From sequence record PQ066597.1: a stretch of 64,000 nucleotides of DNA; one strand, 5' to 3'. Within the stretch, counting starts at the first letter, position 1, and each line of letters starts with the position of its first letter. The position numbers and the translations under genes were made by a program. Positions 47,536-55,800 of this stretch are shown piece after piece. Below the pieces are notes generated by a model. That model was not told the origin of the DNA. It worked only from the letters and a program-made list of their open reading frames with translations, and searched no databases.

Positions 47536-47563
47536 TTGCACCAAAATCCAGTTCTGGTAATAT
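47536..47563 (+). promoter_or_regulatory. sigma70-type early promoter
   Basis: A-tract, TTGCAC - 16 nt - TAATAT with TG extension. Confidence 0.6.
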
Positions 47564-47611
47564 TACTCATGTCGGGACGGGTTGTCCCTCTTCTGAAAAA
47601 GGAAATGAACC

Positions 47612-47839
47612 ATGACTATGACCGCTCAAGTTTTCTTCGCTACTCGTTCTGCCGCTCGTGTCGCTTCCTTCGGTAAAATGACCGACAACGGTAAAGATTC
47701 TGCAAATCGTTGGGCTCGTTCTGTAGAGGTTACCCCTTCTCAGAAAAAAGAGACCATGACCCTGACCCGTACGGGTCGTCGTGGTCCTTCCACCCAGACC
47801 ACCGTGGTTGTCAAGAAAATGAAAACCATGGTTCGCTAA
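47612..47839 (+). CDS. small basic early protein
   Basis: 75 aa, strong SD AAAGGA, GCT/CGT/GGT/ACT-ACC codon bias. Confidence 0.8.
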   Translation: MTMTAQVFFATRSAARVASFGKMTDNGKDSANRWARSVEVTPSQKKETMTLTRTGRRGPSTQTTVVVKKMKTMVR

Positions 47840-47850
47840 GGAGAGATAAA

Positions 47851-48186
47851 ATGAATCACCACAATAACGATGTTTTGAAAAATGGTGAATTTGGTCAAGT
47901 GATGGAGATCCGTGAACTGACTAACCAAGTTCGAAAAGAACTTAATTGTCTTGTTCTAGAACACACACGGGGAAAGAACCGCCAAAACTGCATCTTGGCT
48001 CTCCTTTATGATGTAGACCCAGAACTCGCCCACATGTTCTCCGCATCACGTTATGTTCGGGTTAGTGGAGCCATCTATCAAAAAGGAAAATGTAGCGTTG
48101 GTTTCATAGCGCAAACGGTTTATGATGAGTTGAAGAATTACGAGAAGTTCCTTAAAAACCCAAGTAAAAACCACAACCCATTCTAA
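47851..48186 (+). CDS. hypothetical protein
   Basis: Start reassigned to ATG 47851 (SD AGGAG). Confidence 0.7.
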   Translation: MNHHNNDVLKNGEFGQVMEIRELTNQVRKELNCLVLEHTRGKNRQNCILALLYDVDPELAHMFSASRYVRVSGAIYQKGKCSVGFIAQTVYDELKNYEKFLKNPSKNHNPF

Positions 48187-48189
48187 ACA

Positions 48190-48221
48190 GAAAAGCCCCA
48201 ACCGAAAAGGAAGGGGCTTTA
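48190..48221. terminator. bidirectional terminator at a convergent junction
   Basis: AAAAGCCCC...GGGGCTTT. Confidence 0.65.
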
Positions 48222-48225
48222 AAAA

Positions 48226-48507
48226 TCAAAAGTCTTCTACTTCCTCACCGCCTTCCTCTTGTTTAAAGGCTTCGCGGCGACCATCGATTGCATCACGGAT
48301 CTGAATATCATCAGTATCCGAAATAGCAACGGATTTTATTCGACTTTTATAATAACGCTCTAATTCGTCAAGCCCTTTGGGTGTCATCGCTGACATAATT
48401 TTACCCAAAAACTTTTCGATACTTACAGCAGGCTTGTCATCACCACCATCGGTGTTTTTTTCTTCTACCTCTTCTTGAAGGCGAAGATAATCAGCAAAGT
48501 ATATCAC
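48226..48507 (-). CDS. uvsW.1: UvsW.1
   Basis: SIEKFLGKIMSAMT..GLDEL..YY..R....ISDTDDIQIRDAI.GR. Confidence 0.9.
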   Translation of the reverse strand: MIYFADYLRLQEEVEEKNTDGGDDKPAVSIEKFLGKIMSAMTPKGLDELERYYKSRIKSVAISDTDDIQIRDAIDGRREAFKQEEGGEEVEDF

Positions 48508-50009
48508 AGTTCTATTTCCTTAATTTGATAGTCAAATTGTTCACTTGCATATCTTTCGATACGAAGCATTGCATGTTTGTAAGCATAATTTTTATGTGCA
48601 TATTTAACCGAGCCCGGTTTCGAATTTTTGGTCTCAATACATAGGTTATCTACGATATCCCATAGAGTGGCGATAGTCTTTTCTCCATGTTTTCGAAGAA
48701 CCCGACCAATACTCTGTAATGTGGTAACCTTAGATTTAAATGGGGAAGCGAAAATAACGTGGAATAGCTTTTTGATAGAAATACCTGTCGAGAATATACC
48801 AATAGAAGCAACGATAATCATTCCGTCGCTACCCTCTGCAATTTTCTTAAGCTGATCCCGTTCCTCTACGTTAGTATCGCCATTAGCAAAGAATACATTG
48901 TCATGTTTTTTTCTAAGGGCCTCATAAAGCTTCTTCCCATGTTCCTTATGCCTAAACAGTATCAAGGTATTCTCTTTCTTCTCTTTGGCTAATTTTAAAG
49001 CCAAACGACACACAAAAGCATTTCTCTTTGTATGTTCCTCGATATATTTAATCTCTTGTTGATATTCTATTCCTTTAGTTAATACACAATCTTGTTTAGG
49101 ATACCGCAAGAACAGGTTATTTATTTTAAGATCTGTTACTTGACCCTCTTCCATAAGTTGTTTAGTACTAACCGGCTTGAATACATCCCCAAACAAACCA
49201 ACATACGACATAATATTACATTTACCATCTTTCAAAGAACCACTCATACCCCATTTAAACGGGCACTCAGAGAGGTTTGTGATGATATTCTTAATTTCAC
49301 TACCTACGTTGTGACATTCATCAATCAAAAGAGCCCCAAATTGGCGGAACCAATGAACTGGTTGTTTCGATGCACTTTGCCATGTACTAACAAATACTGG
49401 TGCTGGGTGATCTTTTGTTTTACCAGCCATAATACCATGAGAAAATTCCCGTCTCATAAACTGATAATCTGCGAAATCGTCCATCATCTGAGTAACAAGG
49501 GAGGTTGTTGGAACGATTAGCAATATTTTCCCATCATAATTAGTCATATACCAGTAACAAATAAGAGCTGCTATTAGGGATTTACCGGCAGACGTAGGAA
49601 GGTTTAAGATACCCCGGTTATTCTGAATTGCGTAATAAACCGCATCAGCCTGATACCAGTGCGCGGTAATCTTATTTCCCCCAGAATATATATCAATATC
49701 AGCCAACCATTTATCAAACTCTTCTCTAGATGTGAAATGGTTAATAGGAGTAAAGTCTTCTTCTTTTTCAAATTCGTATTCGTTTCTAGCGCAATATTTC
49801 TCAAGGTTATTGACCAGACCATAAGGGAATTTTCCATCCGGTTGTAGGAGACGGATCCGACCATCCCAACCGCTATATTTAAACTTAGGATTAAATCTAG
49901 CGCCACCTTCCGTCTCAAATGAATAATACTCTCTCAGCTCCATGAAGATGTCACGTTCACATTCAATAATCGCATTACTATAGTCGTTGAATTTAACTGA
50001 TACTTTCAT
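48504..50009 (-). CDS. uvsW: SF2 helicase UvsW
   Basis: WDGRIRL, LPTSAGKS, IDECH, STGISIK, LQSIGRVLRK. Confidence 0.97.
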   Translation of the reverse strand: MKVSVKFNDYSNAIIECERDIFMELREYYSFETEGGARFNPKFKYSGWDGRIRLLQPDGKFPYGLVNNLEKYCARNEYEFEKEEDFTPINHFTSREEFDKWLADIDIYSGGNKITAHWYQADAVYYAIQNNRGILNLPTSAGKSLIAALICYWYMTNYDGKILLIVPTTSLVTQMMDDFADYQFMRREFSHGIMAGKTKDHPAPVFVSTWQSASKQPVHWFRQFGALLIDECHNVGSEIKNIITNLSECPFKWGMSGSLKDGKCNIMSYVGLFGDVFKPVSTKQLMEEGQVTDLKINNLFLRYPKQDCVLTKGIEYQQEIKYIEEHTKRNAFVCRLALKLAKEKKENTLILFRHKEHGKKLYEALRKKHDNVFFANGDTNVEERDQLKKIAEGSDGMIIVASIGIFSTGISIKKLFHVIFASPFKSKVTTLQSIGRVLRKHGEKTIATLWDIVDNLCIETKNSKPGSVKYAHKNYAYKHAMLRIERYASEQFDYQIKEIEL

Positions 50010-50043
50010 CTCATTCTCTCTTTAAATTTTTCACATATATAAT

Positions 50044-50064
50044 TATTTAGGGCAACACTAAATA
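50044..50064. promoter_or_regulatory. back-to-back late promoters CTAAATA
   Basis: Minus 50044-50050 towards uvsW; plus 50058-50064 towards ORF 50110. Confidence 0.65.
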
Positions 50065-50109
50065 AATGCGAGGGAATACCATTCCCTCGTGACGTAGGGA
50101 GAAAATAAA

Positions 50110-50472
50110 ATGCTTATAAATAGTAAGCTGTTTAAAGACACCCTACCCGTCCTAACCGTTATTGTGGCGATCTGGGCCTCTATATTTTCATATAATGAAT
50201 TTATAGCGGATTCCCGCCAAGTAGCTTTTAAAGAGCAAATCACTTCCCACATGGACAAATCTATAGATAACCTAAGAACGGAGATTAAATCTCTCCCAAA
50301 TAAGGATTCTGTAGAAACTGCTCAACTGCGGGCAATGCTTTATAGTAAGGATCTTATCGATGAGGTTAATAGGGGGAACCGAGTTGAATTGGAGAGACTT
50401 GAGAAGCGGATCAGTGAGATGGAAAACGCCAGAGTTGAGAAGAAAACTCAAACAAAACGCGAGGACGGTTAA
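50110..50472 (+). CDS. membrane-anchored coiled-coil protein
   Basis: TM-like LPVLTVIVAIWASIFSY followed by a helical charged region. Confidence 0.7.
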   Translation: MLINSKLFKDTLPVLTVIVAIWASIFSYNEFIADSRQVAFKEQITSHMDKSIDNLRTEIKSLPNKDSVETAQLRAMLYSKDLIDEVNRGNRVELERLEKRISEMENARVEKKTQTKREDG

Positions 50473-50531
50473 GTTGTCTAACGTGGGTCATGATGCAATT
50501 TGCTCATGGCCTTTTTTCTTTTAAAAAGGGG

Positions 50532-50561
50532 TTGACTCATGAAACTTGTGTGTAGTATTAT
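50532..50561 (+). promoter_or_regulatory. sigma70-type early promoter
   Basis: TTGACT - 18 nt - TATTAT, A-rich upstream. Confidence 0.6.
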
Positions 50562-50593
50562 CTATCTCGTTGAGACACAAAAGAGGAATTACA

Positions 50594-51076
50594 ATGCTGA
50601 ATGATCCTTACGAGTTGTTTTTTGATATGGATGGGGTGATGGCTGACTGGTGTCGTGCATTCGATGCTCGTTTTGGTGAGGGTGCGGCAGAACAGTTTGA
50701 CAGTCTGAACAAAGAAGATAAGAATCTTATCAAAGAAGAACTGGCAAATGGTAATTTCTATCGTCATCTTCCGGTGATGGAAAAAGGGGTTTCTCTGGTT
50801 ATTGAGATGGTTCGTAGTGGTCGCAAGGTAAGTATCTTAACCAGCGTCGGTCGTCAAAACCCAGAGAACGTAGTTCGCCAGAAGAAAGCTTGGGTCTCTT
50901 ATGTATATCCTGCTGACGTCGCTGCGGTACTGTTAGAAAACTTCCATTATACCCTGTGTAGTGAAGACAAAGCCGCGTTTGCTCGTCCTAACGTTTGTCT
51001 GGTTGATGACCGTGCCAAGAGCCGAATCCCGTTCATCGCTGCTGGTGGTGTTGCTGTTGATATCGCTGACCTTTAA
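50594..51076 (+). CDS. HAD-family 5'(3')-deoxyribonucleotidase-like protein
   Basis: LFFDMDGVMADW, ILTS, KAAFA, LVDDR. Confidence 0.85.
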   Translation: MLNDPYELFFDMDGVMADWCRAFDARFGEGAAEQFDSLNKEDKNLIKEELANGNFYRHLPVMEKGVSLVIEMVRSGRKVSILTSVGRQNPENVVRQKKAWVSYVYPADVAAVLLENFHYTLCSEDKAAFARPNVCLVDDRAKSRIPFIAAGGVAVDIADL

Positions 51077-51089
51077 GAGGAATTAATTA

Positions 51090-51425
51090 ATGTTGGTAGA
51101 AAGTTTGTCTGTTGGTGTTGTTTGTCTTGGTCTGGCATATGGTCTTGACAAGTTTTTAGGAACTGGTATATTTTCTTGGAAAGAGAAAACCCCATCAAAA
51201 CTGATGCGATCTAACGCAGATCAAGATTCAGTAATGAGGAACCAACACCACCAAAAAGGTATGATCGCCAAAAATGTGTTTGGTAAATTTTATGGTGGAA
51301 AACACAAAGCTAGGGTAAGTTATACCGAGAAAGAAATTTGTGTCCCCCACCCGGTAATTGTTAACTTTATTAACAACCTTTATAAAGAAAGGAAACAAAA
51401 ATGTGTAACGAAGAATTGCAAGTAA
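51090..51425 (+). CDS. hypothetical protein with N-terminal hydrophobic segment
   Basis: 111 aa, SD AGAGG. Confidence 0.65.
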   Translation: MLVESLSVGVVCLGLAYGLDKFLGTGIFSWKEKTPSKLMRSNADQDSVMRNQHHQKGMIAKNVFGKFYGGKHKARVSYTEKEICVPHPVIVNFINNLYKERKQKCVTKNCK

Positions 51426-51724
51426 AATACCCAAACATTTATTTTTCGAAGTACTGCACAGGGTCTTATTGGCGAAAAGGGGTTGGTGGTCGAGATGCAG
51501 AAGCACTCCCACGAAACAAACCACTTGAGTTCCTTAACGAACAGTGTGGTTTGGTAAATGTAGGTGTTCGATATTTTGTATGTACTTGTTGTGGTACTGC
51601 ACAAGACGAAGACCAACTTGTTGGTAATGTGTTTGCTGGGAAATATTGCAAAACCTGCTATGACAAAGAGCCACAAATTCGCAAATCTATTGCTGAAAGC
51701 AAAAAACCCGGTTTTTACGACTAA
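51401..51724 (+). CDS. hypothetical zinc-finger protein
   Basis: CTCCG...YCKTCY cysteine pairs. Confidence 0.7.
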   Translation: MCNEELQVKYPNIYFSKYCTGSYWRKGVGGRDAEALPRNKPLEFLNEQCGLVNVGVRYFVCTCCGTAQDEDQLVGNVFAGKYCKTCYDKEPQIRKSIAESKKPGFYD

Positions 51725-51739
51725 ATAAAAGGAAATAAT

Positions 51740-52741
51740 ATGATTTTTGTAAAATATAACTCTCTTGAGAACCACTATCGTCAAACCGTCATCGACTCTT
51801 TTGCAACTTCCGGATATACTGCAAAGGGTGTTGAATGGGTTGCAATGGAAAAGATTCATGGTACTAATTTTCAACTTGCTGTAAATGATGAACATGTACA
51901 GGCTGGTCGTCGAACTGATCTTCTTGGTGATTTTGACCAGTTTTATGAAGCAGACCTGATTGTAAAGAAATATCATGATAATGCCCGAAAAGTATACAAT
52001 TTTGTTAAACAAAAACATCCAGAAGTTGATCAAGTAACAATCTTCGGGGAATATGCTGGTAATCTTACTACTGGTAAAATGATTCAAAAAGAAGTAGAGT
52101 ATGGAGATCAAGACTTTTATGTGTTTGATATCTTCATTTTCTCTGGTGAAACTGGAATGTACCTCTCCCACGATTTCGTTATGGATGCAATCGATGGGAT
52201 CTTCAAACATGCCCCTGTTATCTACCGTGGGGATTTCGATGGTGTAACAAAACTCCCGAACGACTTCCAATCAGTTGTTATCCCAAGCAACAAAGCAGGA
52301 AAATTCGATCTTGTTGAAGGAACTGATAACATTGCGGAGGGGTTTGTTGCGAAGACAGTAGACCCACATTATACCCGTCAAGGTCGGACTATTTTCAAAT
52401 CTAAAAACTCCAAGTTTACAGAGAAAGGGAAATCTGACAAACCGGTAAAGGTAAAAGAGCCTCTGGGTGAATCAGATCTTGCTATGGTTCATGAGATTGC
52501 TGAATATATCAACGTGAATCGTCTTAAAAATGTCCTCAGTAAGATTGGGATCCCTACCACCAAAGAGTTTGGTAAGGTTTCTGGTAACCTCTCGAAAGAC
52601 GCAATTGAAGATTTCACGAAGGATACCAGCAAAAATCTACGAGATGCAGAACGTCCTTCTGATGTAGGTAAAGCAGTGAACAACCTAGCAGGGGAACTTG
52701 TTCGGGAACACTGGATGAATATCCTTGATGGAAATTTCTAA
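51740..52741 (+). CDS. rnlB: RNA ligase 2
   Basis: KYNSLENHY, EKIHGTNF, FGEYAG, FYVFDI, AEGFVAK, KSKNSKFTEK. Confidence 0.95.
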   Translation: MIFVKYNSLENHYRQTVIDSFATSGYTAKGVEWVAMEKIHGTNFQLAVNDEHVQAGRRTDLLGDFDQFYEADLIVKKYHDNARKVYNFVKQKHPEVDQVTIFGEYAGNLTTGKMIQKEVEYGDQDFYVFDIFIFSGETGMYLSHDFVMDAIDGIFKHAPVIYRGDFDGVTKLPNDFQSVVIPSNKAGKFDLVEGTDNIAEGFVAKTVDPHYTRQGRTIFKSKNSKFTEKGKSDKPVKVKEPLGESDLAMVHEIAEYINVNRLKNVLSKIGIPTTKEFGKVSGNLSKDAIEDFTKDTSKNLRDAERPSDVGKAVNNLAGELVREHWMNILDGNF

Positions 52742-52751
52742 AAATAAATGA

Positions 52752-52789
52752 AAAAAGGCTTGCCAATGGGTGAGCCTTTTTGATATCTT
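52752..52789 (+). promoter_or_regulatory. early promoter overlapping a terminator-like palindrome
   Basis: AAAAAGGCT/AGCCTTTTT arms (52752-60, 52773-81); TTGCCA - 18 nt - TG.TATCTT. Confidence 0.55.
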
Positions 52790-52825
52790 ATCCATATCGA
52801 AACAAGAGACAAAAAGGAACGAACC

Positions 52826-53461
52826 ATGAACAACGAAAAATTCAATGAAATTATGGAAAACGTAGTTGGTATGGTTGAAGCCGGTTTTGTTTCTAAGGCC
52901 GGTCAGAAACGCGCCCTGAACGAATGCGCAAAAATGATGGAACTGGTGCGGGCCGAATTCTCTTCTTTCTATCTGGACTCCATCCACATCGAACAGCGTA
53001 ATATGAATCTTCCGGAACACGAAGCAGCGGTAGACCTTTATTATGCACAACCAAACACCGCGACTTTCGCCAAATATCTGGTAAAAGCAGAAAAAGCAAT
53101 GCCTTGGATGGATAAAGCTCTGTGTGAAGAATTGGTTTCTATGGGTGAACAGGTTGTTGCTATGATTGAAACAGTTAAAAACGCTCCAATCAACCAACCA
53201 GAACCGAAAGTTAGCGAGAAAGAAGCCGTTATCAAGAAAAACATCATGGAGATCATGGAACTTCGGGGTGAACAGTTCAACCGGTGTCTTCGTTTGGATG
53301 AGATGTTTGGTCGGATGATGGTAACCGCTAACGTGCACCTTGTTCGTGGACACAAAGGTACTGTGTTTGTTCGCGCCTTCTACTACGTTTGTGGACACCT
53401 GACCCCCCTGAATGTAATCATTGCTGCTATGGAAGAAGCAGCAAAAAAAGAAACCAAATAA
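52826..53461 (+). CDS. hypothetical early protein
   Basis: 211 aa, strong SD; C-terminal HLVRGHKGTVFVRAFYYVCGHLTPL. Confidence 0.8.
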   Translation: MNNEKFNEIMENVVGMVEAGFVSKAGQKRALNECAKMMELVRAEFSSFYLDSIHIEQRNMNLPEHEAAVDLYYAQPNTATFAKYLVKAEKAMPWMDKALCEELVSMGEQVVAMIETVKNAPINQPEPKVSEKEAVIKKNIMEIMELRGEQFNRCLRLDEMFGRMMVTANVHLVRGHKGTVFVRAFYYVCGHLTPLNVIIAAMEEAAKKETK

Positions 53462-53482
53462 CTTTAAATTGAGGAATGAAAA

Positions 53483-54202
53483 ATGAAAAAGCGGTTTGTT
53501 AGTTTTGCTATCTTAGGTGCTATGTGTGCTATTAGTGCGGTACAGGTTAATGCGGCATCTTTTGACTGTGAGAAAGCATCGAGTAAAATAGAACGAACTA
53601 TTTGTGCAGACGAACGGCTGAGTGAATCAGATGAGAAACTGAATTCTGTTTATAAAGAAGTTCGAAAAATTAACCCAGCAATCATAGAAGGTCAGCGAGA
53701 TTGGGTCAAACGTCGTAATAAAGCATCTTCAATCGAAGAACTTGACCAACTCCATGAAACACGGATCCAAGAACTTGAGGCCATGCTTAAACCAATCATC
53801 GAACAAGATGATGAAAGTGTATTCACCCGTGCGGAAAAACCAAAAATCAAGAAAGTGTCTGTTGTTGAAAATAAAAACGTAGTGAAAGACATTAAATATT
53901 ATGTCGATGAAGTACAACGTACTGGTGGAATGACTGGTAAGGACGGATTCTTTTCTGCAAAAGAAGTTGGGAAGGGTTACCCTAGCTGGTTAAAAGGTTG
54001 TGGGATTATGGTAGGAGAAGTACACGGTACAAAATACTTCATCAACGACGCCAAGAAATATGGTCAATTTGATATCTATGTTAATAATGAGCATAGCTTT
54101 AAAATTGTTGCTGCAAACATGATGATCAAATATATGGTGGATTCCGTGAAGGGTGATTTGGGTCTTGTTAAAATCATGTGTGATTCCGGAGAATTATATT
54201 AA
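53483..54202 (+). CDS. secreted LprI/DUF1311-like (lysozyme inhibitor-like) protein
   Basis: Signal peptide ending VNA-A, then SFDCEKASSKIERTICADERLSESDEKLNSVY...QRDWVKRRN. Confidence 0.8.
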   Translation: MKKRFVSFAILGAMCAISAVQVNAASFDCEKASSKIERTICADERLSESDEKLNSVYKEVRKINPAIIEGQRDWVKRRNKASSIEELDQLHETRIQELEAMLKPIIEQDDESVFTRAEKPKIKKVSVVENKNVVKDIKYYVDEVQRTGGMTGKDGFFSAKEVGKGYPSWLKGCGIMVGEVHGTKYFINDAKKYGQFDIYVNNEHSFKIVAANMMIKYMVDSVKGDLGLVKIMCDSGELY

Positions 54203-54468
54203 TGAACCCAAAAGCTCGTGAATTGATGATAGAGCTATTCAATAGCGGGATCGAGTGTAGGTTGGTATCTTCATCCACAAGCTCTTATATCGACGTACAG
54301 GGGCATATGGTGAGGGTTTCAGACCACGGAGGTCATTCTAAGTTCAAAGGAACTCAGATCCGAAAAGATCATGGCTATAAAAAGACCAAATATGGCATGA
54401 TCTTTGGGTATAACGAGATTGGGATGGCAGTAAAATATCTCAAATCCCTAAATACATTAACAAACTAA
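54202..54468 (+). CDS. hypothetical basic protein
   Basis: 88 aa, TAATG overlap; VRVSDH motif. Confidence 0.7.
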   Translation: MNPKARELMIELFNSGIECRLVSSSTSSYIDVQGHMVRVSDHGGHSKFKGTQIRKDHGYKKTKYGMIFGYNEIGMAVKYLKSLNTLTN

Positions 54469-54480
54469 GAGGAATGCGAA

Positions 54481-55278
54481 ATGGCATTGAATTATGTAGA
54501 AGAACCAGTAGAAAAAGAAACTAAACCAAAAAAGTCTACTGTGAAAAAACAAAAAGAACTTGACCTTGGGGTAATCAACGAAATTGTTGATGCTAATACC
54601 GCACCAGAAGCGAAAGCGAAAATTCAAGCATATGCTAAGGAATGTGGTTTTAAAATTAGCAAGTCTAATACTTCGGTTGACGATATGATCGTTAAACTCC
54701 TTGAAATGGCGGACGCCAAAGAGAATGAAAAACTGGACCTTGCACCGGAACCGAAAGAAAAAACCCCTTTTGTCGAACCAGTTGTAGTCGATGATGAATT
54801 CGACAATGTAGAAGAGGTTATTGAACTTGGTGTGGTTGAATCAATCAAAATTGATGATGGGGTGGTTAATATCAATACTCCTAACGATGTTAAAATTGAA
54901 TTCACTCCACCGAAACAACCAGAATATATTGATGCTTCTGGGTTTAAAACTCTCGACGAATTAATTGAAGATGAAAAGAAGTTCGTTAAAGAAAAAATGA
55001 ATTTGGAAACTACTAAAGATACCCAAGAACCGGATTTGACTTATGGTTTCAAGCCGAAAGTAAATCTGATTGGTGCTGTTGGTAACCAATACCTAAATTG
55101 CCCGTATTGGATTCTTGATTGGATCCTTGAGAAAGGACCGTCTTGGAAGAGTATTATTGATACTCATGAACGCGAACCGGATAAAGCACTTCTGAAAACA
55201 GTTCTTTATTACATCCAGATTAATGGTAGTGTGACATTGCGCGAGAGTCGTAATTCTCGTTTCCATACCATTTACTAA
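54481..55278 (+). CDS. inh: inhibitor of prohead protease
   Basis: C-terminal PYWILDWI...LYYIQINGSVTLRESRNSRF matches Inh; CTAAATA at 54448-54454. Confidence 0.88.
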   Translation: MALNYVEEPVEKETKPKKSTVKKQKELDLGVINEIVDANTAPEAKAKIQAYAKECGFKISKSNTSVDDMIVKLLEMADAKENEKLDLAPEPKEKTPFVEPVVVDDEFDNVEEVIELGVVESIKIDDGVVNINTPNDVKIEFTPPKQPEYIDASGFKTLDELIEDEKKFVKEKMNLETTKDTQEPDLTYGFKPKVNLIGAVGNQYLNCPYWILDWILEKGPSWKSIIDTHEREPDKALLKTVLYYIQINGSVTLRESRNSRFHTIY

Positions 55279-55283
55279 TATCT

Positions 55284-55308
55284 AGCCATCCTACTGGGTG
55301 GCTTTTTT
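55284..55308 (+). terminator. terminator after inh
   Basis: GCCATCC-TACT-GGGTGGC-TTTTTT. Confidence 0.75.
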
Positions 55309-55363
55309 GTATCCCTAAATACCAATTGACTGACCATTTTGGTCAATATAAGAAGGGTGTTTA

Positions 55364-55585
55364 ATGGAATACAATTTCATCGAAGTTAATGAAAATATTT
55401 TTGTTCTTACTGGATATTTCGGATCTTATAATTTGATTGAGAGATGGAAAAGACTTGAAGAAGATGACCATTTAATGATCGTGAAGATAAAGGAATATTT
55501 GGGGAAGGGGAATATTGTGGTTGTACATGATGTACAAGAAGATTTATTCGTTAAGCTAGATGGAGATAAATTTTACGTTTTTTGA
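55364..55585 (+). CDS. hypothetical protein
   Basis: 73 aa, CTAAATA at 55315-55321, followed by hairpin AGGTGGTC-GAGA-GATCACCT-TTTT. Confidence 0.65.
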   Translation: MEYNFIEVNENIFVLTGYFGSYNLIERWKRLEEDDHLMIVKIKEYLGKGNIVVVHDVQEDLFVKLDGDKFYVF

Positions 55586-55680
55586 TTTCGTATTGTATCA
55601 GACATTACGAATGTTTTTAACTTTTATACTTAGGTGGTCGAGAGATCACCTTTTTTGTATCTTTTATATACAAAATAAAA

Positions 55681-55800
55681 TAGTTTCACTTGTAATCAAA
55701 GTATAAAATCTCTATAAGTATTTATATAGAAGATCTATAATTAGAAAGTGTGAGCGAAGCGAACAGGCGGCTACGCCGTCTCACTACGTTCGAGATCTAT
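55681..55800 (-). repeat. 120-bp structured element, copy B (inverted relative to copy A)
   Basis: Reverse complement matches 31086-31205 at 114/120 positions. Confidence 0.97.

Noticed and set aside
50115-50122. TATAAATA as the late promoter of ORF 50110
   Set aside because: It lies inside the first codons; the CTAAATA at 50058-50064 is correctly placed.
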